A stretch of 64,000 bases of DNA from a virus (IMGVR_UViG_3300015244_001866:1-64000), one strand, 5' to 3'. Counted from the stretch's first letter, positions 1 to 9,646 are shown. A program made the numbers and translations. Notes: generated by a model not told the origin, from the letters alone.

Positions 1-220
1 AAGACATAGCTCGTGGTACAGGCCAACCGCCACTGTAATGCTATAACGCTAAGTGACACATGTTCGACTCGGATAATGTTTAAATCTTTGCCCTCTCCGG
101 GCAAAGTGTGACTGAACGATCTGGATAATAGCTTAAACACTTCGTGTTAATTCAACACTTTCTGATGAGATAATAGCTTCAAGCGAAGCGCAGAAGCAAT
201 TGAGCGTTAGCTCAATTTTT
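1..220 (+). other. Structured non-coding element, truncated at the window edge (candidate ncRNA 3' end, terminator or origin-like hairpin cluster)
   Basis: No ORF in the track. Hairpins: CTTTGCCC/GGGCAAAG (86-106), AACAC/GTGTT (136-148), GCTTC...GAAGC enclosing GCGAAGC (177-197), and AATTGAGC/GCTCAATT followed by a T-run (198-220). Confidence 0.5.
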
Positions 221-227
221 ATAAATA
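220..227 (+). promoter_or_regulatory. T4-type late promoter TATAAATA
   Basis: Exact T4 gp55 consensus 24 nt upstream of the ORF at 252, which has a GAGG Shine-Dalgarno. Confidence 0.75.
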
Positions 228-251
228 AATCATATTGTTGAGGATAGTATC

Positions 252-1157
252 ATGAGAATTTTAGACATAGTTGAAGACTTTGAGATCAAAGAAGCACGTA
301 GGAATAACTTTGGAAGAGAAGTTTCAACTGCTCAAGGCCAAGCTCTTGCTGGACAGTTAGCATCTGGTGATCCTAATGCTCAACAAAAACTAGCTCAAGC
401 TAAAAGTGCTCAGGCAACTAATAGTACAGATGCAACAGGTGATACTTTAGGTCAAACTACTCCTCAACAGAGATTAGCGACTAAGAGAGCAACTGCTCCA
501 GTACAGCAGCCTCCAAGACCGGCGGATGTTTCAAATCCTGAATATCAAGCACCGGGTACAGATCTAGCGCAGGCAGACAATATAGGATCTGTAGTTCCTG
601 GTCAAGATCAAGGCTCAAATACGGTTCAAACAACAGCCCCTAAACAGTCTATTATGCAAAGGGCAGGTAATGCACTACAAGGTGTTAGCAATGTAGTTCA
701 ACGGGGTGCGGCCAATGCCAAAGATAATATTCCTGCAATTGCCAACTATGCAGGTGATCTAGCACAAAATACTGCGCCAGGAGTTGGTAATCTAGCCAAG
801 GGCGTAGGCAATGCTGTTAAAGGTATTGGTAGTGGCATTGGCAAAGGTCTACAGGGTGTAGGTAGCGTGGTCAAAGGAGTTGGTGATGTTGCTAGTCAAG
901 CCGCTGGTGGCATAACACAGACCATAGGTGCAGCCGCTGGTGGATTAAAGCACGGTTACCAACAGGCAGGTGGCGGACAGAAATTTGGTTCTGCCATGCG
1001 AGATGTTGCAGGCATTCCTGCCGCAGGAGGTGGATCAGGAGGTGGAGGAACAGGTGGCGCAGGTTCCGGAGCTGGTAACTACGATGACGAAATTTCCAAC
1101 TTAAAAAATACAATTCAACAGATGGATCAAAGACTGCGCAGAGTTGGCGCAGAATAA
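252..1157 (+). CDS. Hypothetical Gly/Ala/Gln-rich virion protein, probably an internal head protein
   Basis: 301-aa ORF with late promoter and SD. N-terminus MRILDIVE has a prohead-protease-type I/L-x-E site; low-complexity body; short C-terminal coiled coil. Confidence 0.6.
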   Translation: MRILDIVEDFEIKEARRNNFGREVSTAQGQALAGQLASGDPNAQQKLAQAKSAQATNSTDATGDTLGQTTPQQRLATKRATAPVQQPPRPADVSNPEYQAPGTDLAQADNIGSVVPGQDQGSNTVQTTAPKQSIMQRAGNALQGVSNVVQRGAANAKDNIPAIANYAGDLAQNTAPGVGNLAKGVGNAVKGIGSGIGKGLQGVGSVVKGVGDVASQAAGGITQTIGAAAGGLKHGYQQAGGGQKFGSAMRDVAGIPAAGGGSGGGGTGGAGSGAGNYDDEISNLKNTIQQMDQRLRRVGAE

Positions 1158-1385
1158 TTAAAAGAACGGAAGCCCAGTTTCTTTAGTCATATCTAGATTT
1201 TCTTTAATAATATCAGATATAACTTCTCTATCTTCATAGGTCAATTGATACGCTTCGTCAATACTAAGACTGCCGCGCATGAACCATGCTAATTTAAAAA
1301 TTTCTTTCTTTATGGCTTTTGCCTCTTGCTCCATTTCTTTAACTACCTCATCAATTTGAGAGATAGTCAGAGGCAAAAGCCTCAT
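1158..1385 (-). CDS. Small tail/baseplate-hub assembly chaperone (gp51-like); possibly the frameshifted C-terminal extension of the upstream gp26-like protein
   Basis: 75 aa, directly downstream of the gp26-like gene. Helical motif LAWFMRGSLSIDEAYQLTYEDR. Its ATG overlaps the restored gp26 stop codon. Confidence 0.6.
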   Translation of the reverse strand: MRLLPLTISQIDEVVKEMEQEAKAIKKEIFKLAWFMRGSLSIDEAYQLTYEDREVISDIIKENLDMTKETGLPFF

Positions 1386-2277
1386 CCGAAAAAATCAGAA
1401 TTATTAAAATTAACAGGTATAGTATAACTTGCAGGTGCGCCTAGGGCCTGCTGTTCTTCACAGGTGCGCCTAGGGCCTGCTGTTCTTCAGTGGTGGTAAA
1501 GGTCAATGGTTTTATATCGTTACGTTCTTTTAATGAAGAAATATGATCTTGTATTTTTTGAAATATTTCTTTATCAACATTATTGACAAATTCTGAAATA
1601 AATTTTAGATCAGTTACTTCAGTTTCGCCTGTTTGAATTTTATAAATTGCATCAGACATTAGATCAACTGTGATTTTGGTTAAATTTTGAAGACTTTCAT
1701 TGAACATGGCAACTTTTTGCTCTTCGCTAGTACTTTCGTCATTGACTGCATTTAATAATCTAGAAGTTTCAAAACTTTTCAAGCTAGTCTGTGCCAGATG
1801 TTTATAGGTCAACGGTTTAACAAAGACTACTAGATCATGACTAATGGCAACTTGTTCAACCCAAATATTATGTCTCTGTTGTTCTAACAACAATCTAAGA
1901 TCTAATTCGTGTTCATCTTCCTCATCTATGTTTGGAATTTTATGTGTAAGCGGTAACCGTTCTCCGTAGGTGGCTAGCCTAATAGCTATTAGTATGGTGT
2001 CAAGGTCTATAGTAGGACAGAACCAAGCATTCTTAATATTAGGCACACAGCTTTGGATCACATCAACCATAGATTGACCATTGAGCAAAGCGTCTGGAGT
2101 TTTAAACATTAGTTCATCTCTAGCGGTCATTGAAAACACAGGAAACTCTCCGTTTTCTGTCATCTGTAATGTACCTTTAGGCCAATACTGTCCCTGACTG
2201 GGCAGTTGAACATATATCTTTGGTTGGCGCATGAAGCCGGCTAAAGGATTTGATTTAGTTGTAGGCATATTTGCCAT
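1382..2277 (-). CDS. gp26: T4 gp26-like baseplate hub/tail assembly protein; C-terminus frameshifted by a 29-bp duplication in this sequence
   Basis: Motifs P-K-I-Y-V-Q-L-P-S-x-G, MTARDE and DLDTILIAIRLATYGE resemble gp26-family proteins. Removing one 29-bp copy restores the ending ...ALGAPASYTIPVNFNNSDFFG-TGA at 1382. Confidence 0.7.
1432..1489. repeat. Exact 29-bp tandem duplication CAGGTGCGCCTAGGGCCTGCTGTTCTTCA x2
   Basis: Copies at 1432-1460 and 1461-1489, read directly. Confidence 0.97.
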
Positions 2278-2288
2278 ATTTGATCTCC

Positions 2289-2324
2289 GATAAATAATAC
2301 TAGGACTGTAGTCTGATATTTATA
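2289..2324. promoter_or_regulatory. Face-to-face late promoters: GATAAATA (+, 2289-2296) and TATAAATA (-, 2317-2324)
   Basis: Both lie in the 74-bp gap between divergent genes. A GGAG SD on the minus strand at 2285-2288 serves the gp26-like gene. Confidence 0.65.
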
Positions 2325-2351
2325 TACATACAAAATGGTGGTTTTTAATCT

Positions 2352-4688
2352 ATGAATGGCGCAACAGAAGCAACACTAGCAGAATTACTGGCCGTAGCAC
2401 AGGCGCAGAATGTTAATTTAATTAACATGCTCAAGGAACTAAAGAAACAAAGTTCATCTGGAGGCGGTGGAGGGGCTGGCGTAATTGGTGCAACTACTGC
2501 CGCTATAAGTAATCTAGGTAGTTCTCTTAATCCAGTTACACTTGCTATTAATGCAGTATCAGGAGCTGCCAATATATTGTCTAATGTGATTAGCGGACTA
2601 GCCGGTCTTGTTGGAAATTTAATAGGAGTTGTCACGGACCTAGCTGGTAATCTAGTTAATTTTAGTAAAAAAGCGGCGTCAGGCGCGGCTAAACTCAGCG
2701 ACTTTTATGATGCATTTAAAGACTTACCTTTAATGTTAGGTACAGTATCTAGTGTATTTGCAACAATTATAAGATACGCTGAAGACCTTTTAACCAGTTA
2801 TAGGGCGATGACAAAGAATGGAGCCAGTTTCAGTGGTAGTCTTATGGAAATGGCTGGCACTGCTACTCGTGCTAGATTATTCATAGATGAATTTGTTAAA
2901 GTTGTAAAAGCAAACAGCGACATATTTGCCACACTTACTGGTAATGTAGATTCTGGTATAAAGAGATTTGCTGAATATAGCAATATAATGTTAGATCCAA
3001 AGGGTCCCTATGCTAAACGCATGATGGCGTTGGGTTATACCGCAGAAGAAAGTGCTGGGCAGTTGGGATTGTTTATTCAAATGCAGGGCACAATGAATAA
3101 AAAAGGTCTTGAAAATTCAAGACAAGTTGCAGAAGGTGCTACTAAATTTGCAGAAGAAATTGATCTGTATGTTAAACTGTCAGGTAAAGAACGTGCAGAA
3201 GTTGAAAAAAGTCTAAAAGAAAAAGCCTTTGACAAACAATGGCAGTACATGTTGAGAAACATGCGTCCTGAGCAGGTTGCAGAAGCAAATCTTGCACTAC
3301 TTCAAGCATTTGAAGCAGGCGGTAAAGGCATGGAAGACAACGTTAAAATGTCTATAATGACCGGCGGCCGCGTTCAACAGGCTTACACTGATGCTGGAAA
3401 AACATTTGCGGTAATGCAAGGTGAAACAGGACAACGTGCCGTAGATGCTTATAGTAAAACAGTACTTGATGGTACTCTTTCAGAAAAACAACGCTTAGAT
3501 CTTAGAAGAGAATCTGATAGACAACTAGCAGTCAATACTCAAGAGCTAGTTGAAAGATTTGGAGATACCGCAACTATTTTAGGCGCAAATGGTAGCAAAT
3601 ATTTCAGTGCTGAAACTATGGGATATGCTAATGCCCTAAGGAATCAAAAGACTCAGAAGCAAATTACAGAAGAAAATGAGGCCGCACTGAGAAGACAACG
3701 ACAGCAGGGCGTAGGTGATGCTAAAGCACTAGCGCAGGCAGAACAAAATATTCGAGATTTTGGATTAATTATTCGTAATTTAACCAACACAATCATAGGT
3801 CCGTTCTTAGGACCTTTAGTAAAGTTTGGAGAAACTATAACCGGACTCGTTGCAAAATTTGTAGGCAGTAAAGGTTTTACAAAAGCAGTTGGCGACGTAG
3901 CTGACTGGTTTACTAATTTGTTTGATAGCTTGTCAAAAGCACAAACTGGTACAGATATAATACAAATTATTGGTCGCGCAGTAGTTGATGCATTTGGTAA
4001 TATTTGGGCTGTGTTAAAGCCCATATGGGAAGACACTATTAAACCGGGTATGAAACAACTCTGGGAAGACACTGTACCTATAGTTGTAAAATTGTTTAAT
4101 AGAATGATAGAAATTGTTACACCGTACTTTAAAGAATTGGGATTAGCGATTCAAGAAGTTGTTGAAGACTATCTTAAAGCAAGTTCTAAAGGTCTATTTG
4201 GTACATCGGATTCTGCAAACTCCCGTAGAGGACAAGATGCGTATATGGCTAAACCTGAATTTCAGGAATGGTTAAAAAAGAGACAAGCAACTGCCTTAGA
4301 TACTGCTAATCCTGAAATGATACAACGATATAATACAACACGATTGAATAGGGACGCTCTTATACAAGAGTTTATGAAAGAACTAGCAGATAGGGCAGCA
4401 AATAAATTACCGGATACCAAACCTGTAATAAAAAATGATACACGAAGTTTAGGAACTATTGGAAAGACCGGCCAAACTTCAGAGCCTACTGATACTGTAG
4501 TCAGTATTGAAAAAGGCGAACGGGTATTGACACCCGGAGAAACTTCCAGCTATAATAATTTAGAATCAGCATTACAACGGTTAAATAACACTACCGCCCT
4601 GTTATTATTAGCAATGAAAGAAACTGCTGAGAATACTAAACAAAATGTTAGGGCGACTAACAAACTAAGCGGTGATCTTTTTGCCTAA
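2352..4688 (+). CDS. Tape-measure-like / baseplate hub protein
   Basis: 778 aa, helical and Ala/Gly-rich, with periodic W/F residues (DWF, NIW, PIW, QLW) and a C-terminal EKGERVLTP motif. Adjacent to the tail chaperones. Confidence 0.6.
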   Translation: MNGATEATLAELLAVAQAQNVNLINMLKELKKQSSSGGGGGAGVIGATTAAISNLGSSLNPVTLAINAVSGAANILSNVISGLAGLVGNLIGVVTDLAGNLVNFSKKAASGAAKLSDFYDAFKDLPLMLGTVSSVFATIIRYAEDLLTSYRAMTKNGASFSGSLMEMAGTATRARLFIDEFVKVVKANSDIFATLTGNVDSGIKRFAEYSNIMLDPKGPYAKRMMALGYTAEESAGQLGLFIQMQGTMNKKGLENSRQVAEGATKFAEEIDLYVKLSGKERAEVEKSLKEKAFDKQWQYMLRNMRPEQVAEANLALLQAFEAGGKGMEDNVKMSIMTGGRVQQAYTDAGKTFAVMQGETGQRAVDAYSKTVLDGTLSEKQRLDLRRESDRQLAVNTQELVERFGDTATILGANGSKYFSAETMGYANALRNQKTQKQITEENEAALRRQRQQGVGDAKALAQAEQNIRDFGLIIRNLTNTIIGPFLGPLVKFGETITGLVAKFVGSKGFTKAVGDVADWFTNLFDSLSKAQTGTDIIQIIGRAVVDAFGNIWAVLKPIWEDTIKPGMKQLWEDTVPIVVKLFNRMIEIVTPYFKELGLAIQEVVEDYLKASSKGLFGTSDSANSRRGQDAYMAKPEFQEWLKKRQATALDTANPEMIQRYNTTRLNRDALIQEFMKELADRAANKLPDTKPVIKNDTRSLGTIGKTGQTSEPTDTVVSIEKGERVLTPGETSSYNNLESALQRLNNTTALLLLAMKETAENTKQNVRATNKLSGDLFA

Positions 4689-4694
4689 AATACT

Positions 4695-6410
4695 ATGAGT
4701 TGGAAACGTTACTTTACCCCTGTACAAACAAATGGACAACTAAGTCCTATTAGCGGTGCCAACTTTGGTGCTTCTGTTGGAAGAACTAACTATTCAAGCT
4801 ATTTGCCTGATGTATATACCGGTCATCCTAATCGTCTAGAACGTTACGGACAGTATGATACTATGGACTTGGACAGCGAAGTTAATGCTGCCTTGGATAT
4901 TCTTGCTGAATTCTGTACGCAGATGAATGATGAGAATAGCACACCCTTTCAAATATTCTTTAAAGAACAGGCTACTAGCACAGAAATTAAAGTTATTAAA
5001 AAATACCTACAGCAGTGGAGCAAACTTAATAAATTTTCAGTACGAATTTTTAAACTTGTACGTAACACTTTCAAATACGGAGACTGTTTCTTTATTAGAG
5101 ATCCAGAAACACAGGCGTGGTTCTATATTGATCCTGCTAAAATTGACAAGATCATAGTAAATGAAAGCGAAGGCAAACAGCCTGAACAGTACGTACTACG
5201 TGACATTAACCCAAATTTTCAAACCCTAGCTACTACGCAGATTAATCCTACTAATCAAAACGTAGCTCCTGGCAGTGCGGCCTATGCCACAAGCGGCGCA
5301 CAACAACGCGGTATGGTAGGTGCATATCCTCAAGGCAGCTCTAGTCGATTTACTGTTAATCAAAATCAGTGGGCTATTGATGCAAAACACGTTATTCATG
5401 TTAGTTTAAGTGAAGGTCTAGATAATAACTTTCCTTTTGGTAACAGCCTATTAGAAAGTATCTTTAAAGTTTATAAACAAAAAGAACTGTTAGAAGATGC
5501 TATCATCATCTATCGCGTGATGCGGGCACCAGAACGTAAAGTTTTCTACATCGATGTAGGTAACATGCCCAGTCACTTGGCCATGAGCTTTGTGGAACGT
5601 GTTAAAAACGAAGTAAATCAACGCAGAATTCCTAGTGTTAGTGGTGGTGGGCAGAGTGTAATGGACAGCAGTTTTAATCCATTAAGCATAACAGAAGACT
5701 ACTATTTTCCTCAGACAGCAGAAGGACGCGGCAGTAAAGTAGATGTACTACAAGGCGGAAGTAATCTAGGAGAAATTGATGATCTTAGATATTTCACTAA
5801 CAAATTGTTTAGAGCCCTGCGTATTCCTAGTAGTTATTTGCCTACTGGCCCTGATGACGGTGGCAGTTCTTTTAATGATGGCAGAGTAGGAACAGCTTAT
5901 ATTCAAGAACTACGATTCAACAAATACTGTGAAAGACTGCAGAGTTTAATGAATGATCAGTTTGACACAGAGTTTAAGATGTACATGAATAACAAAGGAA
6001 TCAATATTGATCCTAATTTATTTGATGTTAAATTTAATCCACCGCAGAATTTTGCCGCATATCGCCAAGCAGAAATGGATGGAGCCAGAGCTAATGTATT
6101 CACTACTATGGCTCAAGTACCACATATTAGCAAGAGATTTGCGCTCAAACGCTTCTTAGGATTGACTGCAGAAGAAGTTGCAGAAAACGAAAAGATGTGG
6201 AGAGAAGAAAATATAGACAAGAATACTAACCTCAGCGCACAGGCAGAGCTACGTTCTGCAGGTATAACTCCTGGAGGGTTGAATTCTGATATGGATACTT
6301 TAGGATCTTCAGGCGAAGCGCCTGTAGGCATGGAAAATGACCTAGACGCTGCCCCAGCGGCATCACCGGCCGCAAGCACTCCAGGTGCTACACTTGGCGC
6401 CCCTTTATAA
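4695..6410 (+). CDS. gp20: Portal protein (T4 gp20-like)
   Basis: Diagnostic motifs LLEDAIIIYRVMRAPERKVFYIDVGNMP, EDYYFP, EIDDLRYF and ALRIPSSYL. Confidence 0.97.
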   Translation: MSWKRYFTPVQTNGQLSPISGANFGASVGRTNYSSYLPDVYTGHPNRLERYGQYDTMDLDSEVNAALDILAEFCTQMNDENSTPFQIFFKEQATSTEIKVIKKYLQQWSKLNKFSVRIFKLVRNTFKYGDCFFIRDPETQAWFYIDPAKIDKIIVNESEGKQPEQYVLRDINPNFQTLATTQINPTNQNVAPGSAAYATSGAQQRGMVGAYPQGSSSRFTVNQNQWAIDAKHVIHVSLSEGLDNNFPFGNSLLESIFKVYKQKELLEDAIIIYRVMRAPERKVFYIDVGNMPSHLAMSFVERVKNEVNQRRIPSVSGGGQSVMDSSFNPLSITEDYYFPQTAEGRGSKVDVLQGGSNLGEIDDLRYFTNKLFRALRIPSSYLPTGPDDGGSSFNDGRVGTAYIQELRFNKYCERLQSLMNDQFDTEFKMYMNNKGINIDPNLFDVKFNPPQNFAAYRQAEMDGARANVFTTMAQVPHISKRFALKRFLGLTAEEVAENEKMWREENIDKNTNLSAQAELRSAGITPGGLNSDMDTLGSSGEAPVGMENDLDAAPAASPAASTPGATLGAPL

Positions 6411-6418
6411 ATATTCAC

Positions 6419-6658
6419 ATGCTACTCAATGAATTTTTATACTTTGATTCTGGAAATCTTGCTCCTAAAGAGAATGATCGCTATAACATCGATAAAGATA
6501 CTAGCGTATTAAAAATCAGCGATCTACGTAAGAGTAGATTAACATTAGGCATGATCAACGACCTGCGCAAGGCAGGGGACGCTCGAGAAAAAGAGACTAA
6601 AGAAGACCTAGAACTAGTACGAGTTATGTATGCAACGCCGGAAGAGCCACCGGCATAA
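6419..6658 (+). CDS. Small hypothetical head-module protein, leaderless
   Basis: 79 aa between the portal and the core protein; TATAAATA-N5-ATG; N-terminus MLLNE. Confidence 0.7.
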   Translation: MLLNEFLYFDSGNLAPKENDRYNIDKDTSVLKISDLRKSRLTLGMINDLRKAGDAREKETKEDLELVRVMYATPEEPPA

Positions 6659-6842
6659 TAAAGCATATTATAATTCTTAAATTTAAAAACTAAATATTTT
6701 TACAAAAATAATCAAAAAAGAGCACACGCTCTGTCAATTTTAGACTAAAACGACTCGTTTTAGGCCTCTTTCACGTATCGAATGTGATCTCCTCTTAAAT
6801 ATACTCGATAGCCTTGCCAATCTAATTAAGGAGATAAACGCA

Positions 6843-7871
6843 ATGTCACAAAAGATGCAACAGCTCTTAGACCTGATTGTCAATGAGGAAATGGATAAGG
6901 CAAATGAATTATTCCATGAAATCGTTGTCGAGAAATCTAGAGATATATATGAAAACCTAATCGCCGAAGAAAGCGATGATGAAGTTGATGAAGCTTCAGA
7001 AGACGATGAACAAGATGAGTCAGTCGAAGAAGCGTCAGAAGACGAATCTGTAGAAGAAGGATTCGGTAGCATGGACGATGAAAGTTCCATGGAAATTGGC
7101 GGTGATGCCAGCGATGATATGGTCGGTGATGTAGGTGACCATGACGCTATGGGCGATGAGCCAGACGGCGGAGACATGAGTGCGCCAGCTGACAAAGCAG
7201 ATATACAAGACTTAGAAGATGCTCTTGCTGAATTAAAAGCTGAATTTGAAGCTCTAATGGGTCAATCAGGCGGCAGCGATGATACCGGTGGTGACATGGA
7301 CATGGACATGGATGCTGACGATGATCAAGATGCAGATGATGATCAAGATGCAGATGATGCTGACGATGATGAAGACGAAAGCATGGGACAACCAATGCGC
7401 GAATACAGAGAAAATGTTGGCGTAAATTGGGATAAAAACTCCATGAAGACTCCGGGTCCAGTTGGTTCTGGTACAGGCGACAAAGCCGGACAAGCAACAG
7501 AAACTAGCAATAGAAGCGTTGTAAGTTCTGGTAAAGGCAAGCCAACAACTGGTGCTGGTGCTGGAAATATTGCCCAAAGCGGTAAAGGCGTAGGCGAAAT
7601 GAGCGGAACAAGCACTAACGCTGACAAAGGCTCACGTGGTCTAGTTGGTTCTACTAAAGGTGAATTTACCAAAGGTGTTGAAAAGAACATTTCTAACAGT
7701 GCTAGTTCAAGCATGAAGAGCGGTTCTTCTCTAAACAAACAAGGTAGTGGTTACCCTAGCAACAACAAGTCTGCTGGCCCAGTTGGTTCCGGAACAGGCG
7801 ACAAAGCAGGACAAACTAGCGTTGGTCAAGTTAAGAGCCCATTAAACGGTGCTCCAAACAGAAACGCTTAA
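6843..7871 (+). CDS. Acidic prohead core / internal scaffold-like protein
   Basis: Lies between portal and protease; very D/E-rich with many V/I/L-x-E sites; SD AAGGAG; internal repeats GPVGSGTGDKAGQ x2 and DDDQDA x2. Confidence 0.7.
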   Translation: MSQKMQQLLDLIVNEEMDKANELFHEIVVEKSRDIYENLIAEESDDEVDEASEDDEQDESVEEASEDESVEEGFGSMDDESSMEIGGDASDDMVGDVGDHDAMGDEPDGGDMSAPADKADIQDLEDALAELKAEFEALMGQSGGSDDTGGDMDMDMDADDDQDADDDQDADDADDDEDESMGQPMREYRENVGVNWDKNSMKTPGPVGSGTGDKAGQATETSNRSVVSSGKGKPTTGAGAGNIAQSGKGVGEMSGTSTNADKGSRGLVGSTKGEFTKGVEKNISNSASSSMKSGSSLNKQGSGYPSNNKSAGPVGSGTGDKAGQTSVGQVKSPLNGAPNRNA

Positions 7872-7884
7872 TTAGAGAACCTGG

Positions 7885-8514
7885 ATGAAACTAAGTTACT
7901 TAAGAGAACACCTAAGTTTTGATCAAGCTCGCGTGGTTTTAGAGTCTGACGACAAAGAAGGTAAGAACCTTTTTCTAAAAGGCATTGCAATACAAGGCGG
8001 AATAAAAAACGCTAACGGAAGAATTTATCCTGTTAGTGAAATTACTAAGGCCGTTAAAACTCTAAATGATCAAGTTGCAAATGGTTACAGTGTTCTTGGA
8101 GAAGTAGATCATCCAGATGATTTAAAAGTAAATTTAGACCGTGTGTCTCACATGATCACAGATATGTGGATGGACGGTCCTAACGGTTACAGTAAGATGA
8201 AAATCTTACCTACACCAATGGGTAACTTAATCCGTACAATGCTCGAAAGCGGTGTAAAACTTGGCGTAAGTTCTAGAGGCAGCGGCAACGTTGATGATAG
8301 AAGCGGCGAAGTAGCAGAATTTGAGATCATTACTGTGGATGTAGTTGCACAGCCCAGTGCACCTGGTGCTTATCCTACACCTGTGTATGAACATTTAATG
8401 AACATGCGCGGTGGTAATAAAGCATTTGTAGTTGCACAAGAAGTAAAAGAAGATCCAAAGGCCCAGAAATATTTGAAGGAAAGTCTCCTTCAAATTATTA
8501 AAGGTCTAAAATAA
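7885..8514 (+). CDS. gp21: Prohead core protease (T4 gp21-like)
   Basis: Motifs KNANGRIYP, GEVDHP, VSH, LGVSSRGSG and DVVAQPSAPGA. Confidence 0.96.
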   Translation: MKLSYLREHLSFDQARVVLESDDKEGKNLFLKGIAIQGGIKNANGRIYPVSEITKAVKTLNDQVANGYSVLGEVDHPDDLKVNLDRVSHMITDMWMDGPNGYSKMKILPTPMGNLIRTMLESGVKLGVSSRGSGNVDDRSGEVAEFEIITVDVVAQPSAPGAYPTPVYEHLMNMRGGNKAFVVAQEVKEDPKAQKYLKESLLQIIKGLK

Positions 8515-8530
8515 GCCCGAGGAGAAATAG

Positions 8531-9625
8531 ATGTTGGACGCATTCAAACAATTAGTAGAATCAGGAACCCTGTCAGAAGAACATACTTCTGCCTTAGAAT
8601 CTGCTTTTACTCAAAAAATTCAAGAGAATCGCGACCAAGTCACAGCAGAACTTCGTGAAGAGTTTGCTACCAAGTATGAACACGATAAAGGTGTCATGGT
8701 TGAAGCAATCGACAGGATGTTAAGCGAAAGATTGGCCGCAGAAATGGCTGAACTTGCGGAAGATAAAAAATCTCTAGTGGAAGCTAAGGTTGCTTATCAA
8801 CGTAAGATGAAAGATGATGCCTCTAAAATGGAATCATTTGTTCTAAAACAGCTTGGTCGTGAGCTGGTTGAATTCAGAAACGATCGTGAAAGAGTATCAG
8901 ATAATTTCTCAAAACTAGAAGGTTTTGTTGTTCATGCCCTAGCTAAAGAAATTAAAGAATTTGCTCAAGACAAACGAGATCTAGCAGAAACGAAAGTTAA
9001 ACTAGTTCGTGAAGCTAAGAGTAAGTTTGGTGAAATTAAGAAACAGTTCATACAACGTTCAGCTAAACTTGTTGAAGCTACAGTAACACAAAAATTGACA
9101 TCTGAGATTAAGCAATTAAAAGAAGATATTGATAGTGCCCGTAACAACAATTTTGGACGTAAGTTGTTTGAAGCATTTGCTCAAGAATACTCATCAAGTT
9201 ATCAAAATGAAAAATCTGAAACAAGTAAATTGTTAAAGATTATCGCTAAGAAAGACTTGGAGCTAGATGAAGCAAAAGAAGCAGTAACAGCCAAAGCAAC
9301 CATTGTTGAATCTAAAGAACGCGAGCTTCGCATTCAGAAAGATCTAGCAGAACGCAAAGCTATTATGAGCGAAATGATGGCTCCGTTGGATGCCAGCAAG
9401 AGAGATGTCATGCAACAACTGTTAGAAAGTGTAAAAACTACTAAACTTGTTGATGCATTTGACAAATACCTACCTGCAGTAATGGAAGGCGATAAGAAAA
9501 GTACAGCTTCACAAAAATCTGTACTGACTGAAGGAACCGCTGTAACAGGAGATCGTGAAGCTGTAACTCACGAGGTAGGCTTCGATAACATATTAGATAT
9601 CCGCAAATTAGCGGGTCTAAAATAA
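8531..9625 (+). CDS. gp22: Prohead core scaffolding protein (T4 gp22-like)
   Basis: Coiled-coil, E/K-rich, between protease and capsid; FGRKLFEAF motif; ends IRKLAGLK. Confidence 0.85.
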   Translation: MLDAFKQLVESGTLSEEHTSALESAFTQKIQENRDQVTAELREEFATKYEHDKGVMVEAIDRMLSERLAAEMAELAEDKKSLVEAKVAYQRKMKDDASKMESFVLKQLGRELVEFRNDRERVSDNFSKLEGFVVHALAKEIKEFAQDKRDLAETKVKLVREAKSKFGEIKKQFIQRSAKLVEATVTQKLTSEIKQLKEDIDSARNNNFGRKLFEAFAQEYSSSYQNEKSETSKLLKIIAKKDLELDEAKEAVTAKATIVESKERELRIQKDLAERKAIMSEMMAPLDASKRDVMQQLLESVKTTKLVDAFDKYLPAVMEGDKKSTASQKSVLTEGTAVTGDREAVTHEVGFDNILDIRKLAGLK

Positions 9626-9646
9626 AAAAATTCAAGGAGACAATAA

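Noticed and set aside
162-197. Hammerhead ribozyme suggested by CTGATGA
   Set aside because: No stem II followed by GAAA, and no matching cleavage-site arm.
1441-1460. VKNSRP as the genuine C-terminus of the gp26-like protein
   Set aside because: It arises only from the out-of-frame 29-bp duplication; the single-copy reading gives a plausible DFFG end coupled to the next ORF.
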